A stretch of DNA of 64,000 nucleotides from Candidatus Dormiibacterota bacterium. GTDB taxonomy: Bacteria > Chloroflexota > Dormibacteria > Aeolococcales > Aeolococcaceae. The translations under genes were made by a program, and so were the position numbers. Positions 25,619 to 35,999 of this stretch are shown one piece after another. Each line of letters starts with the position of its first letter. Within the stretch, counting starts at the first letter, position 1. The stretch covers positions 1,473 to 65,472 of the forward strand of contig JBAPWO010000146.1 in the NCBI GenBank assembly GCA_049283735.1, written 5' to 3'. The notes beneath the pieces are model-generated. The model ran no database searches, was not told where the DNA came from, and saw only the letters and a list, made by a program, of their open reading frames with translations.

Positions 25619-26656
25619 CTACCCTGCGTTGCCGCGCGCCTTGGCACGATACATTGCCCCGTCCGCCGCGCTCACCAGCGAATGGACATCGAGTCCGTCC
25701 TCCGGATACATCGCCACACCGATGCTGGCGCCGACCGTGACCGCGTTCCCTCCCGTCTCGATCAGCTGGCCGAGGGTCTCTCGCAGCTGAGCCGCCTTCC
25801 GCTGCGCCGGGCCGACCTCCACATCCACCATGAGCACGAGAAACTCGTCACCGCCGAGACGCGCAACGGTGTCGCTTTCACGCATCGCATCCGTGAGCCG
25901 TGTCCCCGTCTGTTGGAGAACGACGTCACCGAAGCTGTGGCCGAAGCTGTCGTTGACGTTCTTGAAACCGTCGAGATCCACTTCCAGAACGGCGAACGTT
26001 CTTCCGGTGCGCCTCGCGGTGGAGACCGCTTGACCGATTCGATCGTAGAGCAGCACACGGTTGGGCAAACCGGTGAGCGGATCGTGCAGCGCCATGTGCA
26101 GCAGGGCATCGCGTTCGACGGTCAAGTCTCGCGCGAGGTCGTTCAGGCGCGTGTCATAAGCACGAGCCACCTGGATCAGCCCGGCGTCGCAGCTTGCCCG
26201 GACCGCACGTTGCGCCGCCGTGAGCACGCCACGAGGCGTATGTTGCCGGCTCGCCTCTTCACGAAGCACCTCGAGGACTGTGTCACGCCAGATCAGGTAG
26301 GCGCGCGTGATGTTGACGATCGAGAGCTGCTCGGACGCGGCCAGGTCCCCACGCTCACTGATGCAGGCCATCTCGGCATCGGAGACGCGCACCCCGTAGC
26401 CGACCCAGCGAGCCATCAGAACGGTGGCCAGCCAGTTGATCCCCCGAACTCGATCCGTGTATGCGGCACTCGGCTCGCGACCGATCCAGGGGTAGCTTCG
26501 GAGCCGGTTTTGGGTCAGTTCGCAGCACTCCTCGGCGCGCAGGGCGAGCGCGACCCCGAGTGAGCGAGCGGGATCGGGTTGCGCCGGCTCCTGCGGCCGG
26601 CCGGCCGTATCCAGCGAGGGCTCCGCCGGTTGCGACGATTGCATGGTCGCAATCAT
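25619..26656 (-). CDS. diguanylate cyclase (GGDEF) with uncharacterised helical N-terminal sensor domain
   Basis: Motifs DPLTGLPNR, FKNVNDSFGH, RLGGDEF and YRAKARG. Confidence 0.85.
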   Translation of the reverse strand: MIATMQSSQPAEPSLDTAGRPQEPAQPDPARSLGVALALRAEECCELTQNRLRSYPWIGREPSAAYTDRVRGINWLATVLMARWVGYGVRVSDAEMACISERGDLAASEQLSIVNITRAYLIWRDTVLEVLREEASRQHTPRGVLTAAQRAVRASCDAGLIQVARAYDTRLNDLARDLTVERDALLHMALHDPLTGLPNRVLLYDRIGQAVSTARRTGRTFAVLEVDLDGFKNVNDSFGHSFGDVVLQQTGTRLTDAMRESDTVARLGGDEFLVLMVDVEVGPAQRKAAQLRETLGQLIETGGNAVTVGASIGVAMYPEDGLDVHSLVSAADGAMYRAKARGNAG

Positions 26657-26776
26657 CGTACGGTTGCGATGAAGCGCCGACAGGGCCGCATCCAGACGGT
26701 GGAGCCCGTGGCGTTGGCGTGACAGACCGTTACAGCAACGGCGAGTTCGCAGTCCTGCGATTGGAGATCTCGGCCC

Positions 26777-28237
26777 TCACCAGGTGACCGCGATGTACTT
26801 GCTCTCCATGAACTCGAGGAGGCCGTCGTGGCCACCCTCGCGACCGAGACCGCTCTGCTTGACACCGCCGAAGGGCGCCGCCGGGTCCGAGACGAGCGCG
26901 CGGTTGAGGCCGACCATGCCGGACTCGAGCGCCTCGCTGAAGCGCAGCCCACGCTGCAGATCGCGGGTGTAGACGTAGGCGACGAGACCGTACTCGGTGT
27001 CGTTGGCAAGGGCCACGGCCTCCTCCTCGGTGTCGAAGACGACCAATGGAGCCACCGGCCCGAAGACCTCTTCGCGCAGGATGGCCGCGTCGGCGGGCAC
27101 GTCGAGGAGCACAGTCGGCGGGTAGAAGAAGCCCGGTCCATCGGGCGTCGTCCCCCCGACCGCAAGATGGGCACCATCCCGCACCGCGCCTGCCACGAGC
27201 GACACGACCTTGTCGCGACCGGCCGCGTTGATCAGCGGGCCGAGTTGCACACCCTCCTCGAGCCCCGGTCCCAGGCGCAGGGCGCCCATGGTCTCGGCGA
27301 GTCGCCTTCCGAACTCCTTCGCGATGCCACGCTGCACCAGGAAGCGGTTGGCAGCCGTGCAGGCCTCGCCACCGTTGCGCATCTTCGCCACCATCGCGCC
27401 GGCCACGGCGCTCTCCAGGTCGGCGTCGTCGAATACGACGAAGGGGGCGTTGCCACCCAGCTCCATCGAGCAGTTCACGACGCAATCGGCTGCTTGACGC
27501 AACAGGCCGCGCCCGACCTCGGTGGACCCCGTGAATGACAGTTTCCGCACCCGGGGGTCGTGCAGCATCGCGGTCACCACCGGCCCCGAGCGGCGCGATG
27601 GCAGCACATTCACGACCCCCGCCGGAACGCCCGCCTCCATGAGGAGCGCGCCCAACGCAAGCGCGGTCAGCGGCGTGTCCGAGGCAGGTTTGAGCACGAG
27701 CGTGCATCCCGCCGCAAGCGCCGGTCCGATCTTGCGGGTCGCCATCGCCGCCGGGAAGTTCCACGGCGTGATCAGGATGCTCACCCCGATCGGCTGACGC
27801 AGCACGAGAATTCTGTTGGTCCCTGCCGGCGCCGTCTGCACGTGGCCCTCGGCACGCACCGCCTCTTCGGCGTACCAGCGAAAGAACTCCGCGGCGTAGG
27901 CGACTTCGCCGCGCGCGTCGGCGAGCGCCTTGCCGTTCTCCCGGACGATCAGTCGCGCGAAGTCCTCCGCGCGCTGAGTCATGAGCTCGAAGGTGCGGCG
28001 AAGGAGTTCGGCGCGCTGCCGGGGTGGGGTGGCGGCCCAGGCGGGGAACGCGGCGGACGCGGCGCTCACCGCCGCGAGCCCGTCCTCAAGCGACGCGTTG
28101 GCGACCACCGCGATCACCTCGCCGGTGGCGGGGTCCTCGACACCAAAGGTCTCGTGGTCGGACGCGTCTGCCCAACGGCCCGCGATCAGCAGTTGCGATG
28201 GGGCGCCGATAGCCTCGGCCCGGAGCGCGGTGGTCAT
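26777..28237 (-). CDS. gabD: succinate-semialdehyde dehydrogenase-like NAD(P)+ aldehyde dehydrogenase
   Basis: Motifs ELGGNAP, GEACTAANR and EEVFGPV. Start at MTTALRAEAIG (ATG 28237). Confidence 0.75.
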   Translation of the reverse strand: MTTALRAEAIGAPSQLLIAGRWADASDHETFGVEDPATGEVIAVVANASLEDGLAAVSAASAAFPAWAATPPRQRAELLRRTFELMTQRAEDFARLIVRENGKALADARGEVAYAAEFFRWYAEEAVRAEGHVQTAPAGTNRILVLRQPIGVSILITPWNFPAAMATRKIGPALAAGCTLVLKPASDTPLTALALGALLMEAGVPAGVVNVLPSRRSGPVVTAMLHDPRVRKLSFTGSTEVGRGLLRQAADCVVNCSMELGGNAPFVVFDDADLESAVAGAMVAKMRNGGEACTAANRFLVQRGIAKEFGRRLAETMGALRLGPGLEEGVQLGPLINAAGRDKVVSLVAGAVRDGAHLAVGGTTPDGPGFFYPPTVLLDVPADAAILREEVFGPVAPLVVFDTEEEAVALANDTEYGLVAYVYTRDLQRGLRFSEALESGMVGLNRALVSDPAAPFGGVKQSGLGREGGHDGLLEFMESKYIAVTW

Positions 28238-28316
28238 GGCTGCATTGCCCTCTCGATGGTGCTGACGGTGCGCTCGACCGATGGTATCCCCATGTCGTTG
28301 AGGCGTGGCGGCCGCA

Positions 28317-28991
28317 TCAGATCGAGTGGCGGTAGGCGACACTGATCCGTGGGCCGGCAGCCGCCACCTTGGGAACCGCATGGAGCCAGGTGCGCTGACT
28401 GCTCCCGCCCATGACCACAAGATCGCCCATGCCAAGGACCAGTGAGAGCTCGGTCCTCCCCTGGCGAGGACGCATCAGGAAGCGACGTGGGTGACCCAGC
28501 GACACGGTGGCCACGACCGGGTCGATGATGCGCAGGGGTATGTGGTCGCCGTGCCAGGCGACGGAGTCGCGGCCATCGCGATACAGATTCGCGCTGACCG
28601 AGTCGAACGGGCGCGCATATCGCTGCACGAGGAGTTCGCGCATCCGCTCAATGACCGGGGGCAGGGTGGCCCGATCTGCCGGCGTGTGCCATCGTGCCAC
28701 CAGCCGGGGGGTGACCACCACCTTTCCGTAGAGCTCCTGGGTGGTCGCCTCCCACTGCGCAGAGCTCATCAGCTGCTCGAAAAGGGTGTCGGCTCCGTGG
28801 AGCCAGCCCGTGACGTGATCGACCCAAGCAGTGTCGTCGAGCTGTTGTCGGGTCAGCCCCGAGAACTCAGGATCGGGCCAGGCCTCGCCCTGCGCGAACA
28901 GTGACGGCTGCCAGGCGCGTTCGGCAGGATTCTCAGGATCGGCGCTCCGCGCGTCGCCTGGATCGCCGGTGAAGTAGGCGGGGGATTCCAC
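28317..28991 (-). CDS. alkB: alpha-ketoglutarate/Fe(II)-dependent dioxygenase, AlkB-like
   Basis: Motifs NLYRDGRDSVAWHGDH (HxD), WLHAVP and RISVAYR. SD GAGG upstream of the GTG. Confidence 0.75.
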   Translation of the reverse strand: MESPAYFTGDPGDARSADPENPAERAWQPSLFAQGEAWPDPEFSGLTRQQLDDTAWVDHVTGWLHGADTLFEQLMSSAQWEATTQELYGKVVVTPRLVARWHTPADRATLPPVIERMRELLVQRYARPFDSVSANLYRDGRDSVAWHGDHIPLRIIDPVVATVSLGHPRRFLMRPRQGRTELSLVLGMGDLVVMGGSSQRTWLHAVPKVAAAGPRISVAYRHSI

Positions 28992-29162
28992 GAGTACCTC
29001 ATTACCGCAAGGATCCCGACATCAAAACGAACCAGGCCGTGTCGAGGCATCGCGGAACCTGGGATCCGGCTCCGCCGATGACCCCGCCGTGGTTCGACCC
29101 GCCCAATAGGTTGTCCGAGTGATCTGCCGGTTGCTAAGGTGACGTTTAAGCCAGTAGGGACG

Positions 29163-29333
29163 ATGAACCGAGACAGCCGGGGCCGCTACCTCCCCTCCCC
29201 CGCGCTGACTCTTGCCCGGAACCTGGGTGCCATCGCCAGGCTGGTGAACACCTGGACGAACGCCCCCGGGGTCGAGCTCTGGCAGCGCATTGATGGGGAG
29301 TTCCGCGTGCTACGCCACTGGACGGAGCCCTGA
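29163..29333 (+). CDS. small hypothetical protein (56 aa)
   Basis: High GC3 from ATG 29163 onward (the track ORF starts at GTG 29139). No recognisable family. Confidence 0.3.
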   Translation: MNRDSRGRYLPSPALTLARNLGAIARLVNTWTNAPGVELWQRIDGEFRVLRHWTEP

Positions 29334-29343
29334 GGCGCGATGC

Positions 29344-30234
29344 TCACTGCACCGATGGGGGCGTCCGTCGCAGCCTGCGGGGTATCAGCCACCACCCGGC
29401 CAGAGCCAGGGCGGCGATGACCAGCACGGGCAGCGCGGTGATCAGCGCGTCGAGCAATGTGCCCGTGACCTGGATGGCGTTGTGCCAGCCGCCGCTCAAG
29501 CCGTCATTCAGGGGCCCGGGCGCCGATGCGGCGAGGGTGACGCCGCGTTCCGAAAGCGCGATCGTCGCGGTCGCCATGTCGACCGACGCGGAAAGCGTGT
29601 TGAGCTCACCCTGGTAGGTATCGATTTCGACCTGCACGGTCTCGATCTGCTGCTCGAGGGTGGTGATATCGCTCAGCGTGGTGGCATTCGCCAGGAGCGC
29701 ATCGAGCGCGTGCAGATGCGCATGCGCTGAGACCAACTCCGCGTTGACGTCGACGAAGGCTGCGGTGTGATCGACACTCGCGAAGTCGATGGACGATGCG
29801 GTGAACGTCGAAGGCATCGCATTGAGGAAGGTGGCGATGCGTGCGGCGGGAATATCAAGGGTCACCGAGCCGGCGACGATCCGGCCGTCGGATGCAGGGT
29901 GGGTCGCCGAGCTGGCAACCCATCCGCCGAGTGCGACCGCGCGGGCGATAACGCCGTCGAATGAGTCCAGAAATGTTCCGGCTGGGATGGTGTAGGTCGC
30001 CCGAACCGAGCGCTGCAGGTATGCAGTCGGCGGGACTCCGATCGTGATGCCCGGCGAGGCCGGCACCGCGCTGCCCGCGGTGAACCCGTTGGCAGGGATC
30101 CCGGCCGGTGCCCGCGCCGGGCCCGCCGCCGGCGCGGCGACGGATGCGGCGCTGCTGGCGACGTTCGAGCACGCGGCAAGCAGCCCCGCGGCTGTCAGCA
30201 ATCCAACCCCGATTGCTACGTGGCGTCTGAGCAT
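29344..30234 (-). CDS. DUF4349-like lipoprotein with C-terminal TM anchor
   Basis: Lipobox LAAC, a coiled-coil segment VDVNAELVSAHAHLHALDALL...EQQIETVQVEIDTYQGELN, and a terminal hydrophobic helix. Confidence 0.6.
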   Translation of the reverse strand: MLRRHVAIGVGLLTAAGLLAACSNVASSAASVAAPAAGPARAPAGIPANGFTAGSAVPASPGITIGVPPTAYLQRSVRATYTIPAGTFLDSFDGVIARAVALGGWVASSATHPASDGRIVAGSVTLDIPAARIATFLNAMPSTFTASSIDFASVDHTAAFVDVNAELVSAHAHLHALDALLANATTLSDITTLEQQIETVQVEIDTYQGELNTLSASVDMATATIALSERGVTLAASAPGPLNDGLSGGWHNAIQVTGTLLDALITALPVLVIAALALAGWWLIPRRLRRTPPSVQ

Positions 30235-30279
30235 CGTCGATCTCCTTGCACGAGCGCTGGCGGAGATGAGACGCCGTGG

Positions 30280-31719
30280 CTACGTCATGGGTTCCCGGCG
30301 CACACCCGCCGGAGCGGCTGACCGACCCTCGAGCGATGCCTCGACGAGGCGGTCCGGATCGGGTGCCGCCGAAGCCGTGCGGTAGGTCACGGCCCCAATG
30401 GCGGCGACCAGAACGCAGATCACGGCGGCCGCGACGAAGATGCTCGCCGTCGCCTCATCCGCCCTCGCCGGCCCGGCGGCGGTGTAGATGGCGCCGGTGA
30501 TTCCCAGACCGGTGATCACGCCCGCGTTGCGTCCGGCTGAGAGCAGCGCCGCGGCGCCGCCCAGCGCGTCACGAGGAGACAGTCCCATCGCCGCCGCGGT
30601 GTTCGGCGACGAGAACAGTCCGTTCCCACATCCGATCAGGAAGAGCCCGGTCAACAGCAACGGCCAGGACACGCCGTGGGTCGCAAGCCCGGCGAGTGCG
30701 AACCCCAGTGCAGCCAGGCACATCCCCGTCATGGTCACCAGCCGGGTGCGGCTGGAGTCGCCCATCCGGCCTCCGGCGCGCGATGTGGCTCCAACTCCAA
30801 CCCCGATCGGGAGAAAGGCAAGTCCCGCGATCACCGGCGTGACACCGTGTGCCTCCTCGAGCCAGAACGGCAGGATCGCGAAGCACGACATCAGCGTGCC
30901 CGTGCTCAGCAGCGTGGCGACGGTCGCGGCGACGAACCTCGATTGGCGGAACAGCCTGCGATCCACCACCGGCCTGGGCGCAATGAGCTCTGCAGGGACC
31001 AGCAGCAGGAGCGCGATCCACGCCACCGAAAACCATGCGATCGCCGGGATGCCGCCGAAGGCGGGGGCGGCGAGTGAGGAGATACCGGCTCCCACACCAA
31101 GAAATATCGTCGATAGCAGCACCGCGCCCGGAATGTCGATCCCGCTCTCTCGGTGGGCGACACTGGACGGCACCGCCGCGAGCGTCAGGACGACGCCCAG
31201 CACGCCGAGCGGCACGCCGGCCCAGAACACCGCCTGCCACCCACCGAGCGCCACCAGCAACCCACCCAGCGGCGGGCCGATCAAGCCTGCCACCGCCTGG
31301 GTGGTCACCATCACAGCCACCGACCTGCCCGTTCGGCGGCGCGGAACGTGCTCGGCGATGAGCGCAAGGCTGCCGGCCATCAGCACCCCTCCGCCGACGG
31401 CTTGGACCATCCGTCCGACGAGCAGGATCCCAAAGGTCGGTGCGGTTGCGGCGACGATCGATCCAATGCCGAAGAGGCCGAAACCACCGATGTAAGCCCT
31501 GCGTCGGCCGAAACGGTCGGAGAGTCGACCGATCGTCGGCAGTGTGGCCATGACCACCACCAGATAGATCGCGATCACTTCCTGCCCGGATGCGAGTGGC
31601 AGCGCGAACCGTCGGGTGATAGGGCCGAGGGCGACTGCGACAATTGTTGCGTCGAGCATTCCCACGAATGCACCGAGGGCAATCGCCCCCACCATCCAGG
31701 AGCGGCGGGCTGGAATCAT
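30280..31719 (-). CDS. MFS transporter, DHA2 (EmrB/QacA, 14-TMS) family
   Basis: Motifs LDATIVAVAL and GRLSDRFGRRRAY; about 14 TM helices. Confidence 0.85.
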   Translation of the reverse strand: MIPARRSWMVGAIALGAFVGMLDATIVAVALGPITRRFALPLASGQEVIAIYLVVVMATLPTIGRLSDRFGRRRAYIGGFGLFGIGSIVAATAPTFGILLVGRMVQAVGGGVLMAGSLALIAEHVPRRRTGRSVAVMVTTQAVAGLIGPPLGGLLVALGGWQAVFWAGVPLGVLGVVLTLAAVPSSVAHRESGIDIPGAVLLSTIFLGVGAGISSLAAPAFGGIPAIAWFSVAWIALLLLVPAELIAPRPVVDRRLFRQSRFVAATVATLLSTGTLMSCFAILPFWLEEAHGVTPVIAGLAFLPIGVGVGATSRAGGRMGDSSRTRLVTMTGMCLAALGFALAGLATHGVSWPLLLTGLFLIGCGNGLFSSPNTAAAMGLSPRDALGGAAALLSAGRNAGVITGLGITGAIYTAAGPARADEATASIFVAAAVICVLVAAIGAVTYRTASAAPDPDRLVEASLEGRSAAPAGVRREPMT

Positions 31720-31827
31720 CCGCGCCCAACGGTACCAAGGTCACGACTCCGACGATGGCCGGCGGTCCCGACCGTAGGGCACGTCAAGTTCCCCACGCGG
31801 CGGCAGAACGGGCTACGCTCGGGCTCG

Positions 31828-32571
31828 ATGGCGACGGAATCGAGCAAGGCGGAACGTACGACAGCCAGCTCCGAAAGCCCGGACGGAGGGTTTCGGGCAT
31901 CGGGAGTGCGGGTCGAGTCCCTTGCCTGGGGAGTCCCCTCGGTGGACCGTTCCTACTGGCCGGCGCGAGCGGCGATCGTGGTGGCGGCCGTCCTGTACCT
32001 CTACCTCCCCGACGAGCTGGTTCCGGGTCCCCGATTTGTGGTGCCCGGCCTCGAGATGGCGATTCTCGTGATCTTGACAACGTTCACGCCGCACCGGACC
32101 AAACAGGCGTCCCGGATGCGGCGTGTTCTGGTCATCGCGTTGCTTGCGCTCGTGACGGTTGCCAATCTCATCAACCTCGGGCTGCTCGTGCACGCGCTGC
32201 TGCAGGGCGGCGTTCAAAACGGGCGTCTCCTGATCCTTGCGTCGGTCGCCATCTGGTTGACCAATGTCATCGTGTTCGGCCTCTGGTACTTCGAGCTTGA
32301 CCGCGGGGGGCCGAATCAGCGCCACAGTCCAGCCCACCGGGAGCCCGACTTTCTCTTCCCGCAGATGGCGACGCCCGGCGCGGGGCGCCCGAACTGGTCG
32401 CCGGCAGTCCTCGACTATCTGTACGTGAGCCTCACGAACGCCACGGCCTTCAGCCCGACCGACACGATGCCAATGACCGCTACGGCCAAAGCTTTGATGG
32501 CAGTTCAATCCGCGGCGTCGCTGCTCACCGTGGCGCTGGTCGCGGCGCGTGCCGTCAACATCCTGACCTGA
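31828..32571 (+). CDS. DUF1345-like membrane protein
   Basis: Start at MATESSK (ATG 31828). TM helices plus the C-terminal motif DYLYVSLTNATAFSPTDT. The upstream part of the track ORF is antisense to the MFS gene. Confidence 0.6.
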   Translation: MATESSKAERTTASSESPDGGFRASGVRVESLAWGVPSVDRSYWPARAAIVVAAVLYLYLPDELVPGPRFVVPGLEMAILVILTTFTPHRTKQASRMRRVLVIALLALVTVANLINLGLLVHALLQGGVQNGRLLILASVAIWLTNVIVFGLWYFELDRGGPNQRHSPAHREPDFLFPQMATPGAGRPNWSPAVLDYLYVSLTNATAFSPTDTMPMTATAKALMAVQSAASLLTVALVAARAVNILT

Positions 32572-32585
32572 GACACGGCCGTCGA

Positions 32586-33893
32586 TCAGTTGAACCAGTG
32601 CGCGAAACCCTGGATGGTCGTTTCAATCCCGATGCGCACTCTGGGGAGTTGCCACAGGCCGGCGGTCGTTTCCACGTCGCTGGCAACTCGAACGTCGAGA
32701 ACGCCTCCGACATACCCGTAGCCTGCGAGCGTCGCGAACATGCCGGCTTCGCTTGCTCCTCCCTCGGTGGCGCGCGGCCACGGCCAGATACCCGTGTATG
32801 CGAGAAATTGCACGGGGGCGGCGGTCAGCTGCTCGAGCGATGTTTTGGTCAGATTGGTGAGCGTGTTCAACGTCGCCGTGCTCGCGCCGAACAACGCGCG
32901 GGCATCGTTGAACGTGTGGTCCTCCACCGAGAAGCCGCTGGCGGCGAGGTTCTGGACGTCGCTGGCAGAAAGATACGTCTGCGGGCCAACCTTCTTGCCG
33001 ACGAGACCGATGCACGGAAAGAACACCGCCGTGAAACCATCCTTGCGGAGGATCGGCACGGCGTTGTACCACGGGCTCAGACGACCGTCGTCGAACGTGA
33101 TCACGACCGAATGCGGCGGCAAGGGCAAGGCGTAGAGCAGCGCGTCAGCGAGGTGCTGCAGCGATATCGACGTGGCATGGATCCTGGCCAGATAGGCCAT
33201 CTGTGCATCGAACTCGCCCGGGAGGGTGGTGAGACCGATCTCCAGCCGCCATCCGTACGTGGACGGCTCGATCGATCGCGGCGGTATCTGATCAACCAGG
33301 TGATACATCAGGATCGGCACATCGACGCTCTCCGACCGGACCGTTCGGGGAAGGATGATCGGCGCGTCGATGGACGCCGGTCCCTCGCCGACGATCTCAG
33401 CGAGCGGACCCGGCCCGGTGGTGATCTCGAGCGGGGTCATCGCGAACAGACCCGCCACGCCCGCCGGGCGCAGCGACTGCGACGATCGGAATGTGACGTC
33501 GACGGGCACGGTCCAGACATCCGTGACCTGCCCGGCCGGGTCCTCGGGTTCCGTCCACACGGGGTCAAGTGCCGGCGAGCCGAGGCTGACAGCCTTCACC
33601 TCGCCCCCGAATTTGGCCACGAGCATCTGCACTCTCGCCACTTCAGAAGGCCACGTCGCCTGCGTCTCGGGTGACAACTCGCCCCACTGCGCCTCGTACT
33701 GGCCGGCGGCAAACTGGTCCGCGAACATCCGGGCAAGTGCCATGACCGCGGGAGGAGCGACCAGAGGTCCAATCGGGGCGACGAAAGGCTTTGGCGTGGG
33801 TGATTTGGCCACCCTGGTGGGGGTCGTGGTGCAACCGCAGACGATCACCGCGGCCGCGAGCGCGACAACGACCAGGCCTTGACGAACGCGCAT
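32586..33893 (-). CDS. polysaccharide deacetylase (NodB homology) lipoprotein
   Basis: Signal with lipobox VCGC. NodB motifs VVITFDDG and the His-containing VEDHTFND region. Confidence 0.7.
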   Translation of the reverse strand: MRVRQGLVVVALAAAVIVCGCTTTPTRVAKSPTPKPFVAPIGPLVAPPAVMALARMFADQFAAGQYEAQWGELSPETQATWPSEVARVQMLVAKFGGEVKAVSLGSPALDPVWTEPEDPAGQVTDVWTVPVDVTFRSSQSLRPAGVAGLFAMTPLEITTGPGPLAEIVGEGPASIDAPIILPRTVRSESVDVPILMYHLVDQIPPRSIEPSTYGWRLEIGLTTLPGEFDAQMAYLARIHATSISLQHLADALLYALPLPPHSVVITFDDGRLSPWYNAVPILRKDGFTAVFFPCIGLVGKKVGPQTYLSASDVQNLAASGFSVEDHTFNDARALFGASTATLNTLTNLTKTSLEQLTAAPVQFLAYTGIWPWPRATEGGASEAGMFATLAGYGYVGGVLDVRVASDVETTAGLWQLPRVRIGIETTIQGFAHWFN

Positions 33894-33961
33894 TCCTCCA
33901 TTGAAGCCGATTGATCCCGAGGCCGCTGAGGCGGGGGGTCAGCCGTCGTAGTGCCAGGACC

Positions 33962-35161
33962 CTACGCGACCGCCAGCTTCCGAAGCGCCAAGCGCTCATA
34001 CATGCTCATCAGCCCTTCAACCGTCACCGCGCTCGAGTAGCTGTCGTTCACTCGCCGGCGGGCCAGCGATCCCAACTCGCGGCGCAACGTCGGGTCGGCC
34101 CGGAGCGTCTCCAGCGCTGTTCCGAGCGACGGCTCCAGTGGATGGGCGGCAAGGACCACCCCAGCCCCCGAAACCAGCGGCCCATCGTCACCCACGTCGG
34201 TCGCCACAACTGCACAGCCGGCCGCCATGGCTTCGAGCAGGGAGAGCGACAGACCCTCCGCCGTGGAAGGGAGAACGAAAACGTCGATACCACGCAGCAG
34301 ATCGATGACCTCGCGCCGATCATGGATCGCACCGAGGACGACGATGCGTGGGTCGTGCTCGGCGATGCGGCTGATCCGAAGCTGTTGGGAGCCGCTCCCC
34401 GCGATGACCAGTCGATCGTCGTCCGACCAGCGCCGCCGTTGGAAGGCATGGACCAACTCGAGGGCGCGCTTTTCCGGATCGAGCCGGCCCATGAAGCCGA
34501 CCACGAACGTGCCTCCAAGACGCGATCGGATTCTCGAGGGACCAGGGCTGATTTCGCTGGTATCGACACCATTGGGCAGCACGTCGATGCGATCGCGATC
34601 GCAGCCAACCGAGACGAGCAGGTCTCGCTGGCCGTTGCTCAGGGCAATGCAGCGATCCACCAACGACAGGGTGTGCGCATGAAATCGATACAGAGCGTGG
34701 AGCACACGTCCGCGGCCGCTCTGTGCACGCGCATACGGAAGGTGGACGGTCGCGATGGTCGGAATCCCGGCTCGGCGGCAATGGGCAAGCAGCCACGTGT
34801 CGAGCAGCGAGAAGCTCAGCGATATGTGCACGACGTCGGGACGGAAGTCCGTCAGCTCGTGCGCGATGCGTGCCGCCGTCCCCGGCGAGGGCATGATCAC
34901 CGTCTTGAATCGAGCCGCGGTGAGTGAGATGGCCTGCGCGACCGGGACCGCATCCCCATCGTGACGATGGAAAAAGAACGCCACTTCCACGCCGTACTGG
35001 CGGAGCGCGCTCACCGTCGTGGCGCTGTATGAGCTCAGCCCGTCAGCCCGCCGTCCCCCGCCATGGCCAAACCACGCAACTCGGAGCGGGCCCTCCGGCG
35101 ACGTGCTCCATGTTGACGAGCGCCCATCCGGAGCCGTCGATGACGGAAGCATGGCGGTCAT
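33962..35161 (-). CDS. glycosyltransferase family 4 (GT-B fold)
   Basis: Motifs GRLDPEKR and the EX7E region PSTAEGLSLSLLEAMAAG. Start at ATG 35161 (alternative 35152). Confidence 0.8.
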   Translation of the reverse strand: MTAMLPSSTAPDGRSSTWSTSPEGPLRVAWFGHGGGRRADGLSSYSATTVSALRQYGVEVAFFFHRHDGDAVPVAQAISLTAARFKTVIMPSPGTAARIAHELTDFRPDVVHISLSFSLLDTWLLAHCRRAGIPTIATVHLPYARAQSGRGRVLHALYRFHAHTLSLVDRCIALSNGQRDLLVSVGCDRDRIDVLPNGVDTSEISPGPSRIRSRLGGTFVVGFMGRLDPEKRALELVHAFQRRRWSDDDRLVIAGSGSQQLRISRIAEHDPRIVVLGAIHDRREVIDLLRGIDVFVLPSTAEGLSLSLLEAMAAGCAVVATDVGDDGPLVSGAGVVLAAHPLEPSLGTALETLRADPTLRRELGSLARRRVNDSYSSAVTVEGLMSMYERLALRKLAVA

Positions 35162-35186
35162 CTTAGCCTCAACCCATATACCGGAT

Positions 35187-35852
35187 TCACTGGCCCTGCA
35201 GCACCAGGCCGGATGACGAAGACGCGCGTGCGCTTCGGCGCAGGTAGACCGCAATCGCCACTGAGGTCAGCGCTGCCCACGCGCACCACAGCGATGTGAA
35301 GCCAGTGAAGGTGATCCATCCGAGCGCGATCACCGCGCCCAGGTTTGCGAGGCCGAGGAGCACAAGCCACCCGTTGCTCGCCACCAGACAGGAGCCGCAG
35401 GTGGCGACGACGTAGAGGGCGATGAGAATGCCGGCGTAGTTGATGTCTGCTGAATACGCGATATGCGACCCATCGATGGTCGCACCCACCGGGCCGCGGA
35501 CGATCGCAACCAGCAGAGCCACGGTGGTGACCGTGCCCACCACGAGCAGCGCACCCATCAGCTGACGGCGATGCACCTTGGTCTCGACACCGAGCATCGC
35601 GAAGGGCACCCAAAAGGGCAGCAAGAAGGCGACAGCCAGGAAGATATAGATCGCCGCATGCTCGACCGGAAACGCAACCTGCCCCTGTAGTCCCCACCAG
35701 ACGAAGGACTCGTCGACCTCGTGAACGGCGAAGAGTACCGGAGTCGCCGCAAGCGCCATCTGGTGCGGCTTGCGGACATGGCGAAGCGCATCGATGCCGA
35801 CCGCACCGACCACGATTCCCGTGCAGAGATCGGCCTCAGCGGAAAAGCACAT
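35187..35852 (-). CDS. hypothetical polytopic membrane protein
   Basis: 221 aa with 6-7 hydrophobic helices and high GC3. No catalytic motif recognised. Confidence 0.5.
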   Translation of the reverse strand: MCFSAEADLCTGIVVGAVGIDALRHVRKPHQMALAATPVLFAVHEVDESFVWWGLQGQVAFPVEHAAIYIFLAVAFLLPFWVPFAMLGVETKVHRRQLMGALLVVGTVTTVALLVAIVRGPVGATIDGSHIAYSADINYAGILIALYVVATCGSCLVASNGWLVLLGLANLGAVIALGWITFTGFTSLWCAWAALTSVAIAVYLRRSARASSSSGLVLQGQ

Positions 35853-35999
35853 GCGCGGTGATCATGCACCGCCGCTGCGAGCCGTGTTCTCGCTGGGTCA
35901 CTTGTTAAATGGCTTTGCCGGTGACGCATCGATGGTCGACGGTTGCCACCCGCGGATAATCGCGGTTGCTTGAGGGAATACTCCGGTAGCAGGGAGCAC